Shown here in pieces: positions 35,901 through 48,011 of a stretch of 64,000 nucleotides of DNA (positions are counted from its first letter, which is position 1; every line of letters starts with the position of its first letter). Origin of the DNA: Folioceros fuciformis. Lineage: Eukaryota. Location of the stretch: contig JBNGIO010006317.1 of NCBI GenBank assembly GCA_049999805.1, forward strand, positions 779,144 through 843,143, in the 5' to 3' direction. The notes beneath the pieces were generated by a model. The model made no database searches and was not told the DNA's origin. It worked only from the letters and a program-made list of their open reading frames with translations. The translations under genes and the position numbers were made by a program.

Positions 35901-38900
35901 ATGTTGATGAGGCCAGAGCCTGCGATCCACAGCCTTGCAATACTCGAGAAGCAAGGCAGCCATAGAGCACCATCCGCGTTGGAGACAGATCTCAAAAAGG
36001 GCCCTCATAATTCGACCTAAACTGGCGCTTATGTAGGCACTGTCTGCTACCAAAGAGAAGCCTGCAATAAACGCTCTAGAAATGTATATCTGCAATATCC
36101 AGCTCCTACATTAGTTGGACACTTGACATAACTAGAGAGAGCAACATTTTCAATCTTCAACGTCTACTCTCCGTTGCCATTTTGCAGCTCCACAAGCAAT
36201 CTGAGATGGGGATAACAATGTACTATTCAATACCACCATTTCTGTATGCAGCAGACATTTCACCTGTATCAGTATGTTTATCTTCCCGAATTTGTCCTCA
36301 GGTCCACCACGAACCTCCATAGGACAGAGATTGTGCAATAGACTGGCAAGCTCTTGTTGTTCTTCTTCTCTCACCACTATGTTCTCAAACTCTGAGGAAT
36401 GAGCAACGAGATGAAGGATCTACAAGGCAAACCGTCACAGTTAAGTCTTCACTTCCATCTTTCATGAGCTTCCAACCATATTCTCAAGTATGACAAGAGA
36501 CTTCAGCAGATTCACGAGGGACAACCTCACTCTCATTCATATGCTGCTTAAGCATCTCGTTGTAAGTCTCCACACTTCTATACTGCACGTAGAAGTGGCT
36601 AGCTACGCGTCCAAGATCCGTGAAGTACATGTTCCCACTCTTCTCATCAAACCGCATCATCTTTGCCTTGTCTAGAGCCCGAGCAGCTTCTGTTATCAGC
36701 GCCTTCCGTTTGACAGTTAACTCTGTATCCATCAAGACCTACATTCGACACTACATGACTCAGATGACAACCCATCTCCAGGTCTGACTTGAGTCCCTAT
36801 CCTCCAAGTATTTTGCTCACTGTAACAGTTGTTCAAATCAAGCACAACGCACAAGGCCTTGTTTCTTGCACTTCCATCACAGGACATGCTGACAAAAATA
36901 GTGTGTAGAGTGTGATACCTCCTCCCAAGTCATTCCATACACAAGAGGATTCGACGACATTCTCACAAAGAGGTATGTGTAGCCCAACCATGCAGTGGCC
37001 TCACGAACATTTGACACAGTGCCCAAGACAACCTCAGCATTCAGGTTATCCTTCAGCGAGCTGACAAACTGTTTCAGAGAAACAACCAGAATACAATGGC
37101 CTGAGAAACAACCCCCAATCTCTCACCCTCCCAATGCAGAACTGTCGAAAGCTTATAACTGAAATCCTGGTGGATAGAAGACAAACTTGGCTTTCAATGG
37201 GCATTTGGTGTGTCATCAGTGACAAGTAGCGTGCCAACTGGTTGTGTGTCGTAATGATAATGCCTTCTCCACTTGTATCAAATTGTGGACGGCCAGCGCG
37301 TCCAAAGATCTGAATCAACAATGTCTGCTCTCAATTTGATGCTGCCAGGAACTAACTCAATTACAAATTCAAGCACATAAAACTCCACCTGCAAAACATC
37401 CAGCATGCCAAGCTCTCGAAAACCTCCAGCTTTTGGATCATACAGTTGGGTGCCCTGCAATCACAGCATGTATGAACATGAAACTCATCTGCACGTACAC
37501 CCAGTTCCAGCGCGCTGATAAATCTGTTGTGAGGAAAGGTTGGGGCACCTTGATGATAACCATATGTGCTGGCAAGTTCACACCCCAAGCTAGGGTAGCT
37601 GTGCAAACGAGCACCTGAGCATTGTTCCACAGTAGTGAGTTTTTGCACTTTCTGGATAATCCAGGCCTCCACTATAGCATGTTCACAAACAAAGTGTTTG
37701 AATCAAACAAATTACCTTCAGAAATCCTTCAGAGAACAGGCGCTCTGCCAAATTACGATCCGACCGCAACATACCAGCATGATGCACACCGAACCCGGAC
37801 TGTATTAGCTCAGCAAGTTCTCTGTTTCTAGACTTCGACACGTCCTTCTGTGTGAGAAAATTGTGCTAACACCCATCAGCCCTCCTCTCGCTTTGAAAAA
37901 AACAGGTGACCTGAGCAGGAGACCAAATGAAAGAAACACAACGTGCCTTGATAATGCCATACTGAGGGTGATCCTCATTTACAAACAGGTCAATTTCACC
38001 ACCCCTTTGTGCAAACTCAACCTGAGAGAGGAGTAAACAATAAGTGAGAACTTGAGAGAAGATCCAAGGGAAAGACAGAAATTCAGAAAGAATGGGATAT
38101 GCTGAAGAGAACTACCAGGATGCGAGCTGTTTTAACAGTATCCTTCCGTGAATGAACAAAGACCATAGATTGATGTCCGTGCTTGACAGAATCAATAATC
38201 TGCAGCCACACCATAAATCAGTGTTACTTTCAGCCTTGCCCACAGTTCTCCCCAGTACAGCATCCAGGCAAGAGGACAGATTTCATCACCTTATTGTAGC
38301 ATATTTCGTTCATCAGATTGTTCCTGTTGACAATATTAGGCTCACTCACGCCAATGTACTGTTGGGCAAGAGGTACAGGACGGTAACTTGCATCAAAGTA
38401 AAAGAGGCCTGTGTCTTGGTTTACCCTCAGAAAGCGGGCTACCTGAACAAAACAATGTAATGCACTTTGTTTGGAGCACATCTCTTGAGACAGCTCTACA
38501 GCAATAGAGTATTTTGCTTCACTTCCTTCTCACGTTACCAAGCTACACTTGCGCATCTCAACCAGCAAGCAAGATTACCTCCAAGTAATTTGGTAGAGTA
38601 GCAGACAGGCCTACGATCCGAATCATATTCTGAGTAGTTTCCACCTACAACAAAGTGTTCACAGTATGTCCATGATCAATTGCAGTTGAGAACAACCACC
38701 AGCTCCTTTCACATTCCAACATTAGGAAAAACGACCCATAGGGCCTAGCATTAACATCAGAGTTCTACCTGTCGAAGTGTACGAGCCACTATAGTCTCGA
38801 TTACGGGTCCTCTATCATCATTGAGTAGATGAACTTCGTCGATAATCAGCAGCTTTACGAGAGCTGCCACTGCAATATCACTACTTTTCCGAGTTATGAC

Positions 38901-41900
38901 ATCCCATTTCTCAGGAGTTGTTACAATCATCTGCAAAGGCCTGCGGTTAGTTAAAGCTCCTCTGACAAACCACAAACAAATGGTGCCATTGATATTGAAG
39001 ACCGCTTAGTAGAAAACATTACAAACAAAGGTGACGAGTTGCGGTGCAACATACAACCTGTGTCTCTTCAATCTCTCGCTTACTCAACTGCATATCCCCT
39101 GTCAATTCTTTAACAACAATACCTAAAGGGGCAAGCCTTCTACTGAAAGCTGATGTCACTTCTGCAGCCAGTGCCTGCAATCAAATGAACGCATATATTC
39201 GTCACATTTTCTGCAGACGGCTTTCAGCTGTTACCGCTTGAAGGCTGTTTGAAAGCTAATGCTTGGATTAACCAACAACATAAAAAAACTCAAAACTTCT
39301 CCAACCAACCTTCATTGGGGCCACATATACAATCTTGAATTTGTTCTTCTGCAAAACTCCGGATAACATGTTCTGCCCAATCTGCCAATCAAGATCCATG
39401 ATTAACATAAACAAGCAGGCCAATGAAACACAAGGGTAAGAAGCTGAATGACACGGGTCCCTTTACTAGCCTCATGTAGAATTGCGGTCATAGCAATATT
39501 TGTCTTCCCGGCTCCAGTAGGAGCACAAACCTGGTGAACCCAACCCGTGAGCCAAAAAATTTCCATGGACGGAATCAATGAACCCAACGCAAAAATGAGA
39601 AACCACGTGGGGAACAAGTCGATAACAGTACCATTGACCACACCTGCCTGTGCTTTCCAGAAATGTGAAGTTATAGCAAAGGAAGGGCTACTCACCAGGA
39701 TATTTTCGTTCGTGTGGTAAGCAATATGAAAGACACGACTTTGTGTTCTATTAAGTGTCTTGTATCCTTCAAAAGCAGCCTGTGCAAACTCATCGAGGTC
39801 TGAGATGCTAACCTGCCAGCAAAAGATATGTCAAGCAAAGCTGGGCGGAGAAAGGTGGTTGGACATAAGAGAAATAGATCCAGCACTCAACATTGCCATA
39901 CTTCGTGACCTGCTCGTGCCATACCAGTTTTTCATTAGGATTGAGAGAAGCTGTTGGTGTTGCTGGAACCCTGATCTCCTCATATCCCTTGTACACCTTA
40001 CGTGCCGATCCTTGAGGGAGAGCGGTTCCACCAAAGTTGATAACTCCTGAATTACCTTTACCGATCAGAGAATCAATTCCAGGAGTAGGTTCCCTGTCAG
40101 AAGCCTCTATGAGAATCGAAAAGGAATCAATGCTGGCTAAGCCCTCAGAGTCGGAGGCTCCATTGACATGATGCAGACGACGTGCAATTCGCTTCTCTTC
40201 CTTCCGACGAAGCTTGCCCATAATTTTGTCAGAACTTGTTTGGACACTGACCTATAAAATCAACCGACAGATCTCATAATCCCCGTGTGTATAGGAAGAG
40301 TTCGCTCGTCTTTCAGCAACCTGCAAATCACGTCACAACTTCTGCAGGGGAAAATAAACCTACCTGAGTGCCGTAGCTGGGCATTCGGGATTCAGAACTT
40401 GAGACCATCTTCTCATTCTTCAAAATGGAGAGTGCTTTGTGCAGAAGATCAGTTAGCTCCTTTCGGTTCTAGAAATGTCCAAGCAGGAGCCGGCTTCACT
40501 TAGAAGACATTCATCAAGAGAAGAGCCATGGGTACTATGAGCAAAATCATGTTGTAAAAGACAAGAACATGCCTGCAAAAGCTCTTGGATGAGCTCAAAG
40601 CCTCCATCTCCAATCAGGTCAAATAGCTCACCTGCAATCTGATGACAACAAGACCGCACAAAAAAAGAAGAGGCAAGTAGGCAAGATGAAAATTCAGTGT
40701 GATATCCTAACCCCAGAAAGCATACTTCAGCAGTACCACACTTCAGCATGTTGCACTCAACGAATTCAAGGCATACCTCGTCACCTGAACGCTCAGAGTC
40801 CAATACCCTAGCCAGGGCCAACGCTAGCTCGTCACCAGACAAATGCGCTCCGCCCTGTGACTGCACCACTTGGTCACACAGTTGCTCGAAGTACCTCAAG
40901 CTGATGCCCCCCTCCGGTTTCTCTACGACACCGTTCTCATTTGCTACTCCTTTAACTTGTCTGCTAGTACTGACAGCAGTCTGCAGTCCAGCAACATCAG
41001 AGTTGCTGACAGTATCTGTGTACAACGTCTGCCATCCCCCATCCAGACCATCTTCCTCCAAGAGCTGCTTCCATTCCTGGGTGCCGTCAGATGGCATTCT
41101 GAAAGATACCTCGGCACCCCACTCAGGCTGCTGTTCCGGCACAGAAGCACTCGACTCACCCTCCCTCTCGATTTCTGAGAACCTGTCCGGGTTCTCTGCT
41201 TTCCATTTATAAAGCTTCTTGGCAAGCTCAGCAGTTTTGAGGAAGCAGATGTCGGAGGAGACATGTCCAAAGAGCGCCAACAGTTCTTTCCTACATGGGT
41301 TACATCCTTCAGTAAGAAGGATAATAAAATACGTTGCCAAGGTAATGGCGCATTCAAAGCCACAGCATTCTTCTTCCCTCCACGCAACGCAAAACGAGTA
41401 CGAAACACTGGGTCTGCCAGATGAGAGTCAACGACAGAAGCACTAACTTCTTCTCACTCGCCGAATGCACTGTATAAACATCATTGAAATCGGAAGAAAG
41501 CATATCAAAAATAATACTGGCTGACTGCTGGAGCTCCTCAGATGAAATATCTCCATCTATCAACTCTGCTGTAGCTTTCAGATAGTCCTCATAGGCCTGT
41601 CGAACCTTCGCAGGTGCTGATACACGACAGCGTCCTAAGTCCCCCAACCTCGGTACTCAAACACATAACATTTCAAACAAGCGGGTCACAAAGGTCCAAA
41701 CCTGTCTCCCAAGCTCCAACGAGTTTCCTCGCAAGTTCGGAATGTCCTACCACTTCCACCACAGTCCTACGCGCACGCTCAGTGACCAATATTAGCCATA
41801 CTAACATGCTCAAATTCCCTTCAGCAGCGGGTCGGAAACACGCTAGACACTCCGAAAAGCTACCATTGACCAACTAACCTCTGCCGCTTCTTCTTCAGCA

Positions 41901-42112
41901 ACAGAGCCTTCCTGGCAAGATACTCCTGATCGATATCCAACAGGGTGTCGTTCCCTGTGAAGGCCTTCAAGGTGGTGGTAAATCTAGGCCTCTGCACCAG
42001 GAACACCCGCATGAGCAGCGCATCACCCCGCTCCGGCCAGCCCAAGACCGGATTGCCACCTTACACCCACCTGCAATGACGGCAGCACCCCGGACACGCC
42101 TGCTACCTCCAT
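29998..42112 (-). CDS. ASCC3: ASCC3/DExH14 (Slh1-like) tandem Ski2-type helicase with Sec63 domains, about 40+ exons
   Basis: Two helicase cassettes: [29 protein letters not shown] and [28 protein letters not shown]-terminal PRFTTTL...DIDQEYL; C-terminal [11 protein letters not shown] at 42112, stop at 29998. Confidence 0.92.
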
Positions 42113-42743
42113 CCTGCCGATCCTAAGCTCGAGCTCGAGACCGCTCGAGAAAATCCTCTTCTGGTCTCCACAAGCATCCGACAGCAGGCGCCAGAGGAGC
42201 AAAGACGAATTCGCGCAGCTGGATTGGCCGGGAATGTTGGAGCAGGTAGAATGTCAGCTGGCCGGCCTCCAGGCTCTGCTTTTCACTTGCAATTACGTAC
42301 TTTTCACTCCGCACGGTTCCAGCCACCCCGAGTCCCGACACAACAAGCACAACCTTAAAAGAATAGAAAACAAAAATAAAATATTATTTCCTCCCCTCTC
42401 TATAAAATTAAACCAAACAATACATAACAGGTACGTGAAGCTCGCTCGCCTGTCGTCGTGACATGCGCTGCCTTTCAAGGCGTCCAGTTGTGGCGACGAG
42501 TTGGCAGCTGCTGGAGCCGCCACTTTGCATGGGAGCTCCAGGTCCCTAGCCATTGTAGCGAGCATTTGTCATGGGACGAGTTCATCGTCTCCTGGTTGTA
42601 GCCAGCCGGGAATTCTCCCCTTCCTGTAAGCCTCGCTCCCCGAACCTGAAGCGGAGCGTGAAGAATCCATTCGCCGGCAGTTCAGAATCGGCAGGCTCTC
42701 AGTGGCTGCAATTTGCGAGTGCAGCTGAATCGTCAAGAAAGGC

Positions 42744-44039
42744 ATGGAGAAGGCAATCACAGGGAGGGTGGAGGCGAGGAAGAAGCCGATTGTGGCCATC
42801 CAGCCGAAGGTGGACGCGTCTCGGCAAATGCGAGCCGTGGAGTGGCACGGCAAGAAGAGCGTGAAGGTGAACTCGAATCGGCCTCGGCCGCTGGTGACGG
42901 ATCCGAGGGATGTCATCCTCAAGGTGACGAGTACGGCCATCTGCGGCTCCGACCTGCATCTGTACGCGGGAGCCATGCCGGGGATGGAAGCCGGGGATGT
43001 GATGGGGCACGAGTTCATGGGAATCGTGGAGGAGGTCGGTGCGGGGGTCCGAAACTTCAAGCAGGGAGACCGGGTGGTGGCCTGCTTCGACATCGCCTGC
43101 GGGGAGTGTTTCTTCTGCGAGCACCAGCTCTTCTCCTGCTGCGACAACACAAATGACAGCCAGGACGAGGCGGCGCTCTACGGGGATCGCACCGCGGGCT
43201 TTTTCGGGTACTCGCACATGACGGGAGGGTGGCAGGGAGGGCAGGCGGAGTTCGTGCGCGTGCCGATCGCGGACGTGAACCTCCTCAAGGTCCCGGACGG
43301 ACTCACCGACGAGAAGGCCATCTTTCTGTCGGACATCCTTCCCACGGCGTGGCACGCGAACGAGATGGGGGAGGTCGGAGAGGGCGACAGCGTTGCCATC
43401 TGGGGGTGCGGACCTGTGGGGATTCTTGCGGCGCACTGTGCGAAGGTGAGGGGAGCCAGGGTTGTGTTCGTCATCGACGAGGTGGAATACCGGCTGGCTC
43501 ACGCCAAGAAGAAGTTGCCGTTTGTGAGGACAGTGAATTTTCAGAAGCAGAAAGTGTACGACGAGGTGCGGCGGGAGTGTCCCCGGGGAGTGGACGTCGG
43601 GATCGAGGCTGTCGGTATGCACTACATGCACACGGTGAAGCATAAGGCGGAGGTGGCGACCGGGCTGGAGACGGACCCTTCCGAGACGCTGAACGAGATC
43701 ATCTCTACCGTGCGGAAGGGCGGGCGGGTGTCTGTGATCGGGGCTTATGCCGGCTTCACCAATCACTTCAACATCGGTGCCTTCATGGAGAAGAGCGAGA
43801 CCGCGCGCGGGGGACAGACCCCGGTGCAGAAGTACTGGCACAAGCTTCTCGGCATGGTGGAGAAGGGGGAGCTGGACCCTAGTATGGTCATCAGCCACCA
43901 GCCAGACCTGGACCAGGCGCCGGAGATGTACAAGATCTTTAACGACAAAGCGGATGGCTGCATCAAGGTCGTGATGCACCCGCACGGCCTGACTTCGGGT
44001 GACTCCAGGTCCTTGCCTGAGTGGGGAATCGTGAAATAG
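42744..44039 (+). CDS. Zn-dependent medium-chain dehydrogenase of the YbdR/AdhB (formaldehyde dehydrogenase-like) type, intronless
   Basis: TAICGSDLH, GHEFMG, CGECFFC..C, GYSHMTGG..GGQAEFVRVP, LSDILPT, WGCGPVG; strongly GC3-rich. Confidence 0.9.
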   Translation: MEKAITGRVEARKKPIVAIQPKVDASRQMRAVEWHGKKSVKVNSNRPRPLVTDPRDVILKVTSTAICGSDLHLYAGAMPGMEAGDVMGHEFMGIVEEVGAGVRNFKQGDRVVACFDIACGECFFCEHQLFSCCDNTNDSQDEAALYGDRTAGFFGYSHMTGGWQGGQAEFVRVPIADVNLLKVPDGLTDEKAIFLSDILPTAWHANEMGEVGEGDSVAIWGCGPVGILAAHCAKVRGARVVFVIDEVEYRLAHAKKKLPFVRTVNFQKQKVYDEVRRECPRGVDVGIEAVGMHYMHTVKHKAEVATGLETDPSETLNEIISTVRKGGRVSVIGAYAGFTNHFNIGAFMEKSETARGGQTPVQKYWHKLLGMVEKGELDPSMVISHQPDLDQAPEMYKIFNDKADGCIKVVMHPHGLTSGDSRSLPEWGIVK

Positions 44040-44400
44040 GACTAGAGTCAGTGACTGTGTGTTGATGGATATGCGACTTTCATGTGTACACTTTGGATAC
44101 TGTGTACATATTGTATACCTAATGTATAATATTGTGTTTAATATTTTGGTGTTGTGAAAGCGGCCACTTCGAAAACTCGTCAAGTTATTAATGCAAGCAA
44201 GTGTGCAGTGGTGGACCCTGCAAGCAAGTGTGCAGTCGTACACGGTAGCCGGTGGAGTCGTGGGGTCCACCACTCTGACACCGGTAGCCGGTGGAGCCAG
44301 CGTGCCCTCGGTGGATGGAGTCTGGCATGCACATAGTCATTACCTCGCTGGAGTCTGGCATGCACATAGTCATTACGTCATACATGCACAGCCAACTCAC

Positions 44401-44668
44401 AACTCACATACGCCCATGTATGCCGGGCTCGAAATAACTCACATACGTCCATGTATATCGGGGTCGAAACAACTCACATACGCCCCGTGTATGCCGGGGT
44501 CGAAACAACTCACATACGCCCGTGTATGCCGGGGTCGAAACAATTCACATACGCTCGTGTATGCCGGGGTCGAAACAACTCACATACGCCCGTGTATGCC
44601 GGGGTCGAAANNNNNNNNNNCCGGGGTCGAAACAACTCACATACGCCCGTGTATGCCGGGGTCGAAAT
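44401..44668. repeat. 35-bp tandem repeat (at least 7 units) inside the MULE, spanning a 10-N gap
   Basis: Unit AACTCACATACGCCCGTGTATGCCGGGGTCGAAAC. Confidence 0.95.
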
Positions 44669-47568
44669 TCATGGACGTCGTTGCCACAGTTTGCGATGGC
44701 AAACACTTCAAATCCCGTTTTCAAGTAAGGATGTTTTCCTTCAGTACTAAAGGGAAGTACAGAGGGCTCATTCAGAAGCTCATGTGAAGAGCTCTCTTGT
44801 GAATCAAGAATGGTAAACATGGAGACAGAAAATTACATTCAAAGAACGATTTGGTTGCTATCTTTTTTGACATATAGCAAGACATATAGTGGACCATATG
44901 AAGACTGAGATAGCTTTTTGTGAAGCCTACAATAAGAGCATTTTTTTCTAATCCATTCTTATATCACTGTATAGACACTGGAATAGAATCAATATAGACA
45001 CTCGAATAGACATTCAAAGAACTCATAACAAAAACTGAGTTGGTTTTCTTCTTTCACACATAACTCAAGATATCTTCAACAAAAATAGGGTACATATGAC
45101 TCATTTTGAAGCTTGAATTGAGAGCGTTTTCTTGAATCAAGCCATGGAGTTTGTGGGAAAGTATGGAGACTACGAAAACCATTCAAAGATATGATGATGG
45201 AAGCTTGATTCTCATCTCATAGGAGGACTGTGGACATCTTCTCCTTCCTCACCTTCTTCGTATGCTTCCAACTATTTGCAAGCTCAACAATGCTCTTTTA
45301 ACTATCGACAAGACTATTGTCCATTTTGTTGAGCTAAATAGAATTCAAGGTTTGTGCTCCACATAATCGGGCTTCTACTTGTCGTAGCTGACATAACAGA
45401 ATGTCGGCTCCAACATATGCATGCTGAAGCAAAGAAGGATTTGCAGATTGTACAAGATCCTGGAGTGCTTGAATTGCATACCCCCAATCTTTGTATGAGC
45501 ATTTTTGTAATATAGCTTAAGGGTTGTTGGAAGCTTGAACCCCTCCGACACATGATGTGTTCTCTCCTACATGACAAGGTTTAGTGTTTGTTGAAGTATT
45601 GTTACGTACAAGTGTGAGAAGGAGGTCCCAAGTTGAATGCAATTGCCCTTTCATTTGTAATACCTTTGCTTGGTGTTTGCACAAAAGCCTTGCATTCCTC
45701 TTGGACAATTGCAGCATGCCCAGTCCCCTAAAGGATTGTAAATTGTGTATATCAGCCTTTTATCTGTGCAGCTTTGCAAAAGAGCTGGTTCTTGATCGTG
45801 AGTAGGAAGTGTAACATAGTCCTCAGGCATAGAAAGAGAGCCCCTCACTACATTTTTGATAATCACCTCTTGCTTTCCATTGTGCTTGAAGCCATGTTGT
45901 TTTGTAAAGTGCTTGTGCCAATACACTTTGCATACTGAATCCGTTAGTGTATGGAGCAACCAATCCATACGCCGACCTCGCAGACGCATAAACTCATGGC
46001 TCAACATGGACTTTAAGAAGCCATGCCAAGCTTCAATTGATGAATTGTAGTCCTGGCCAACATGTGGCATGGTCCTGGAATACTTTAGCCACATAGGTAT
46101 CACCCCCTCCCACTAATTCTTGAAGTACTGAATGAACTCTAGAGCTTCTCTTTCATAGTCCACATATAATTGTTGTAGCATCTTCCTAGCCTCAGCTTCT
46201 GTGTGCCAATGATGAGAAACATACATGATGTCACCAAGGCGACAAAAGATTGCCACTCTTGTCCTCCACTGCCTAACCTTAAGCAAAAGGTGTTGTAGCC
46301 AACATTTTCTAACATGCTATAAACATAGCAAGATTCACATAGCCTCCCCCCATATGGCTCGTAGAGCACCTATTTCAACAACACCATCATCCACAAGGAA
46401 AGCACTGGGTTGCCATAGTGGACTGTGATGCTGCATATGCATTTAAAATGCATACAACCACGCTTGGATATCCTCTAGTTTACCACTGTTCGTGATAATA
46501 CAAGCAACAAGGACTCCACTATAGTAATTATCAAAGACCAACAAGGTGTACAAGTGGAACTTGTACTTATTGGTGCCAAAAGTGGCATCAAGGGAGATCA
46601 CACTATTATTTCCAAATTGAAGCATCATAGACCTCTGAAACGTTGTTTGCACCCCTAGTGTAAAGGGCCTAAATTGGAATGGTATCATACAATGTTATTG
46701 TGAGCTTCTATCCACATCTGGACACTTACCTCATCGTTCGGATGATACTAGTAAAAGCCTGTGGTAACAGTTGATGCAATGTTATCAATGTCATGAGGTT
46801 GAAGGAACTCATCACGACAGGGTTCATAACCACATGCTTGTGCTTTCAGATCCACTCTTTGAACGTGCTCTAAATAGATCTGTCTTTTAGTGGCTCCTGC
46901 AAAAAGTCTGTTGGACCCATGTTCGTTTTCCACTACTCAAATGAGCAGCAAACCTTGCTTGTGGGTTTGCATTGTACTAAGAGCCATGACAAATTTCACC
47001 GGAGTTGTTAATGTGTTGGTTATAGACAATAAACACCGCTACAAGATGAGGCCAACAAAAGCTGCTTAACATCAAAGTGGTATTGACAACCATGCTTCAC
47101 ACTAGAGAGTCTTAATATCTTGCCTTTGCGTTTCCCTGTGCTTTGAGATGCCTGTATAGCTAGCTCGTTGGTACGAAAATCTATTCCTCCAAAGGCACAC
47201 CAATACTTAGTGTGCCTAAGCCAAGACCACATGTTTTGTCTATGTACAACGTTAGTTTCCCTTGCTTTTTTGTCAGTTTCTTTCCAGAACGAGGTAGGAA
47301 ATGAGCGGTCCATACTATCTCCGTGGAGCAAGTCCTCCACTCTATCCCACCGAATGATGGCGACATTAGACAACAACGAAGTACATTTTCTTTCAGGCAA
47401 CACTTGTCTGCTGATAACAACAGAAGATAATGTCAAATCAAGAACTCTGAAAGGACCTTGTGGTGGTTCTTGTACCCCCCACCCAATCGGCCGATCAAGA
47501 CCAACTATTGCTTTTACACTCATGACTTGAAATGTTGGACACTTGATAGATTGACATTCAGAGTGAGT

Positions 47569-47679
47569 GGTGAAGGCACTCGCGAGTTTGAGCGGTTGGT
47601 GAAGGCACTCACGAGTTTCAGCGGTTGGTGAAGGCACTCACGAGTTTCAGCGGTTGGTGAAGGCACTTGCGAGATTGAG
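47569..47679. repeat. 29-bp tandem repeat (about 4 units) near the other MULE end
   Basis: Unit GGTGAAGGCACTCACGAGTTTCAGCGGTT. Confidence 0.9.
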
Positions 47680-48011
47680 TGCATAATGTAAGTGGAATAT
47701 AGAGCCTAATAGTGTTCATGGCGTAGTGATCCATTCGTACAAAAAATTATGACGCCCATAGGCTTAACTACATACAATGCTTGGATGGATGCATGGTCGT
47801 AAGGCCACCACAAGCATGCATCCCATATGCCGGTGCATCCCATAGTAACAGGGAACCGGAATATGAGTGGCGGGGCCTACGTATGAAGACACACTTGCAT
47901 TAATAACTTGACGAGTTTTAGGAATCGGGTGTAGAAGCCCAAGTCATGCAAATGGCGGCATGGCATGCATCTGAACTAGGCAACTGGTGTACATGGTGGG
48001 TGTGGTGTCTA

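Larger units (their letters stand above)
44172..47919 (-). mobile_element. Mutator-like element with SWIM-type transposase pseudogene
   Basis: Perfect 26-bp inverted repeat AAAACTCGTCAAGTTATTAATGCAAG at 44172-44197 and 47894-47919. Fragments ISLDATFGTNKYKFHLYTLLVFD, NSSIEAWHGFLK, RRMDWLLHTL and CNC...CKH. No clear TSD. Confidence 0.85.

Noticed and set aside
42699-44273. 524-aa antisense ORF
   Set aside because: Shadow frame of the GC3-rich dehydrogenase; no recognisable motifs.
44401-44668. 35-bp repeats with an internal palindrome, superficially CRISPR-like
   Set aside because: Units are head-to-tail with no unique spacers, there are no cas genes, and the array sits inside a eukaryotic MULE.
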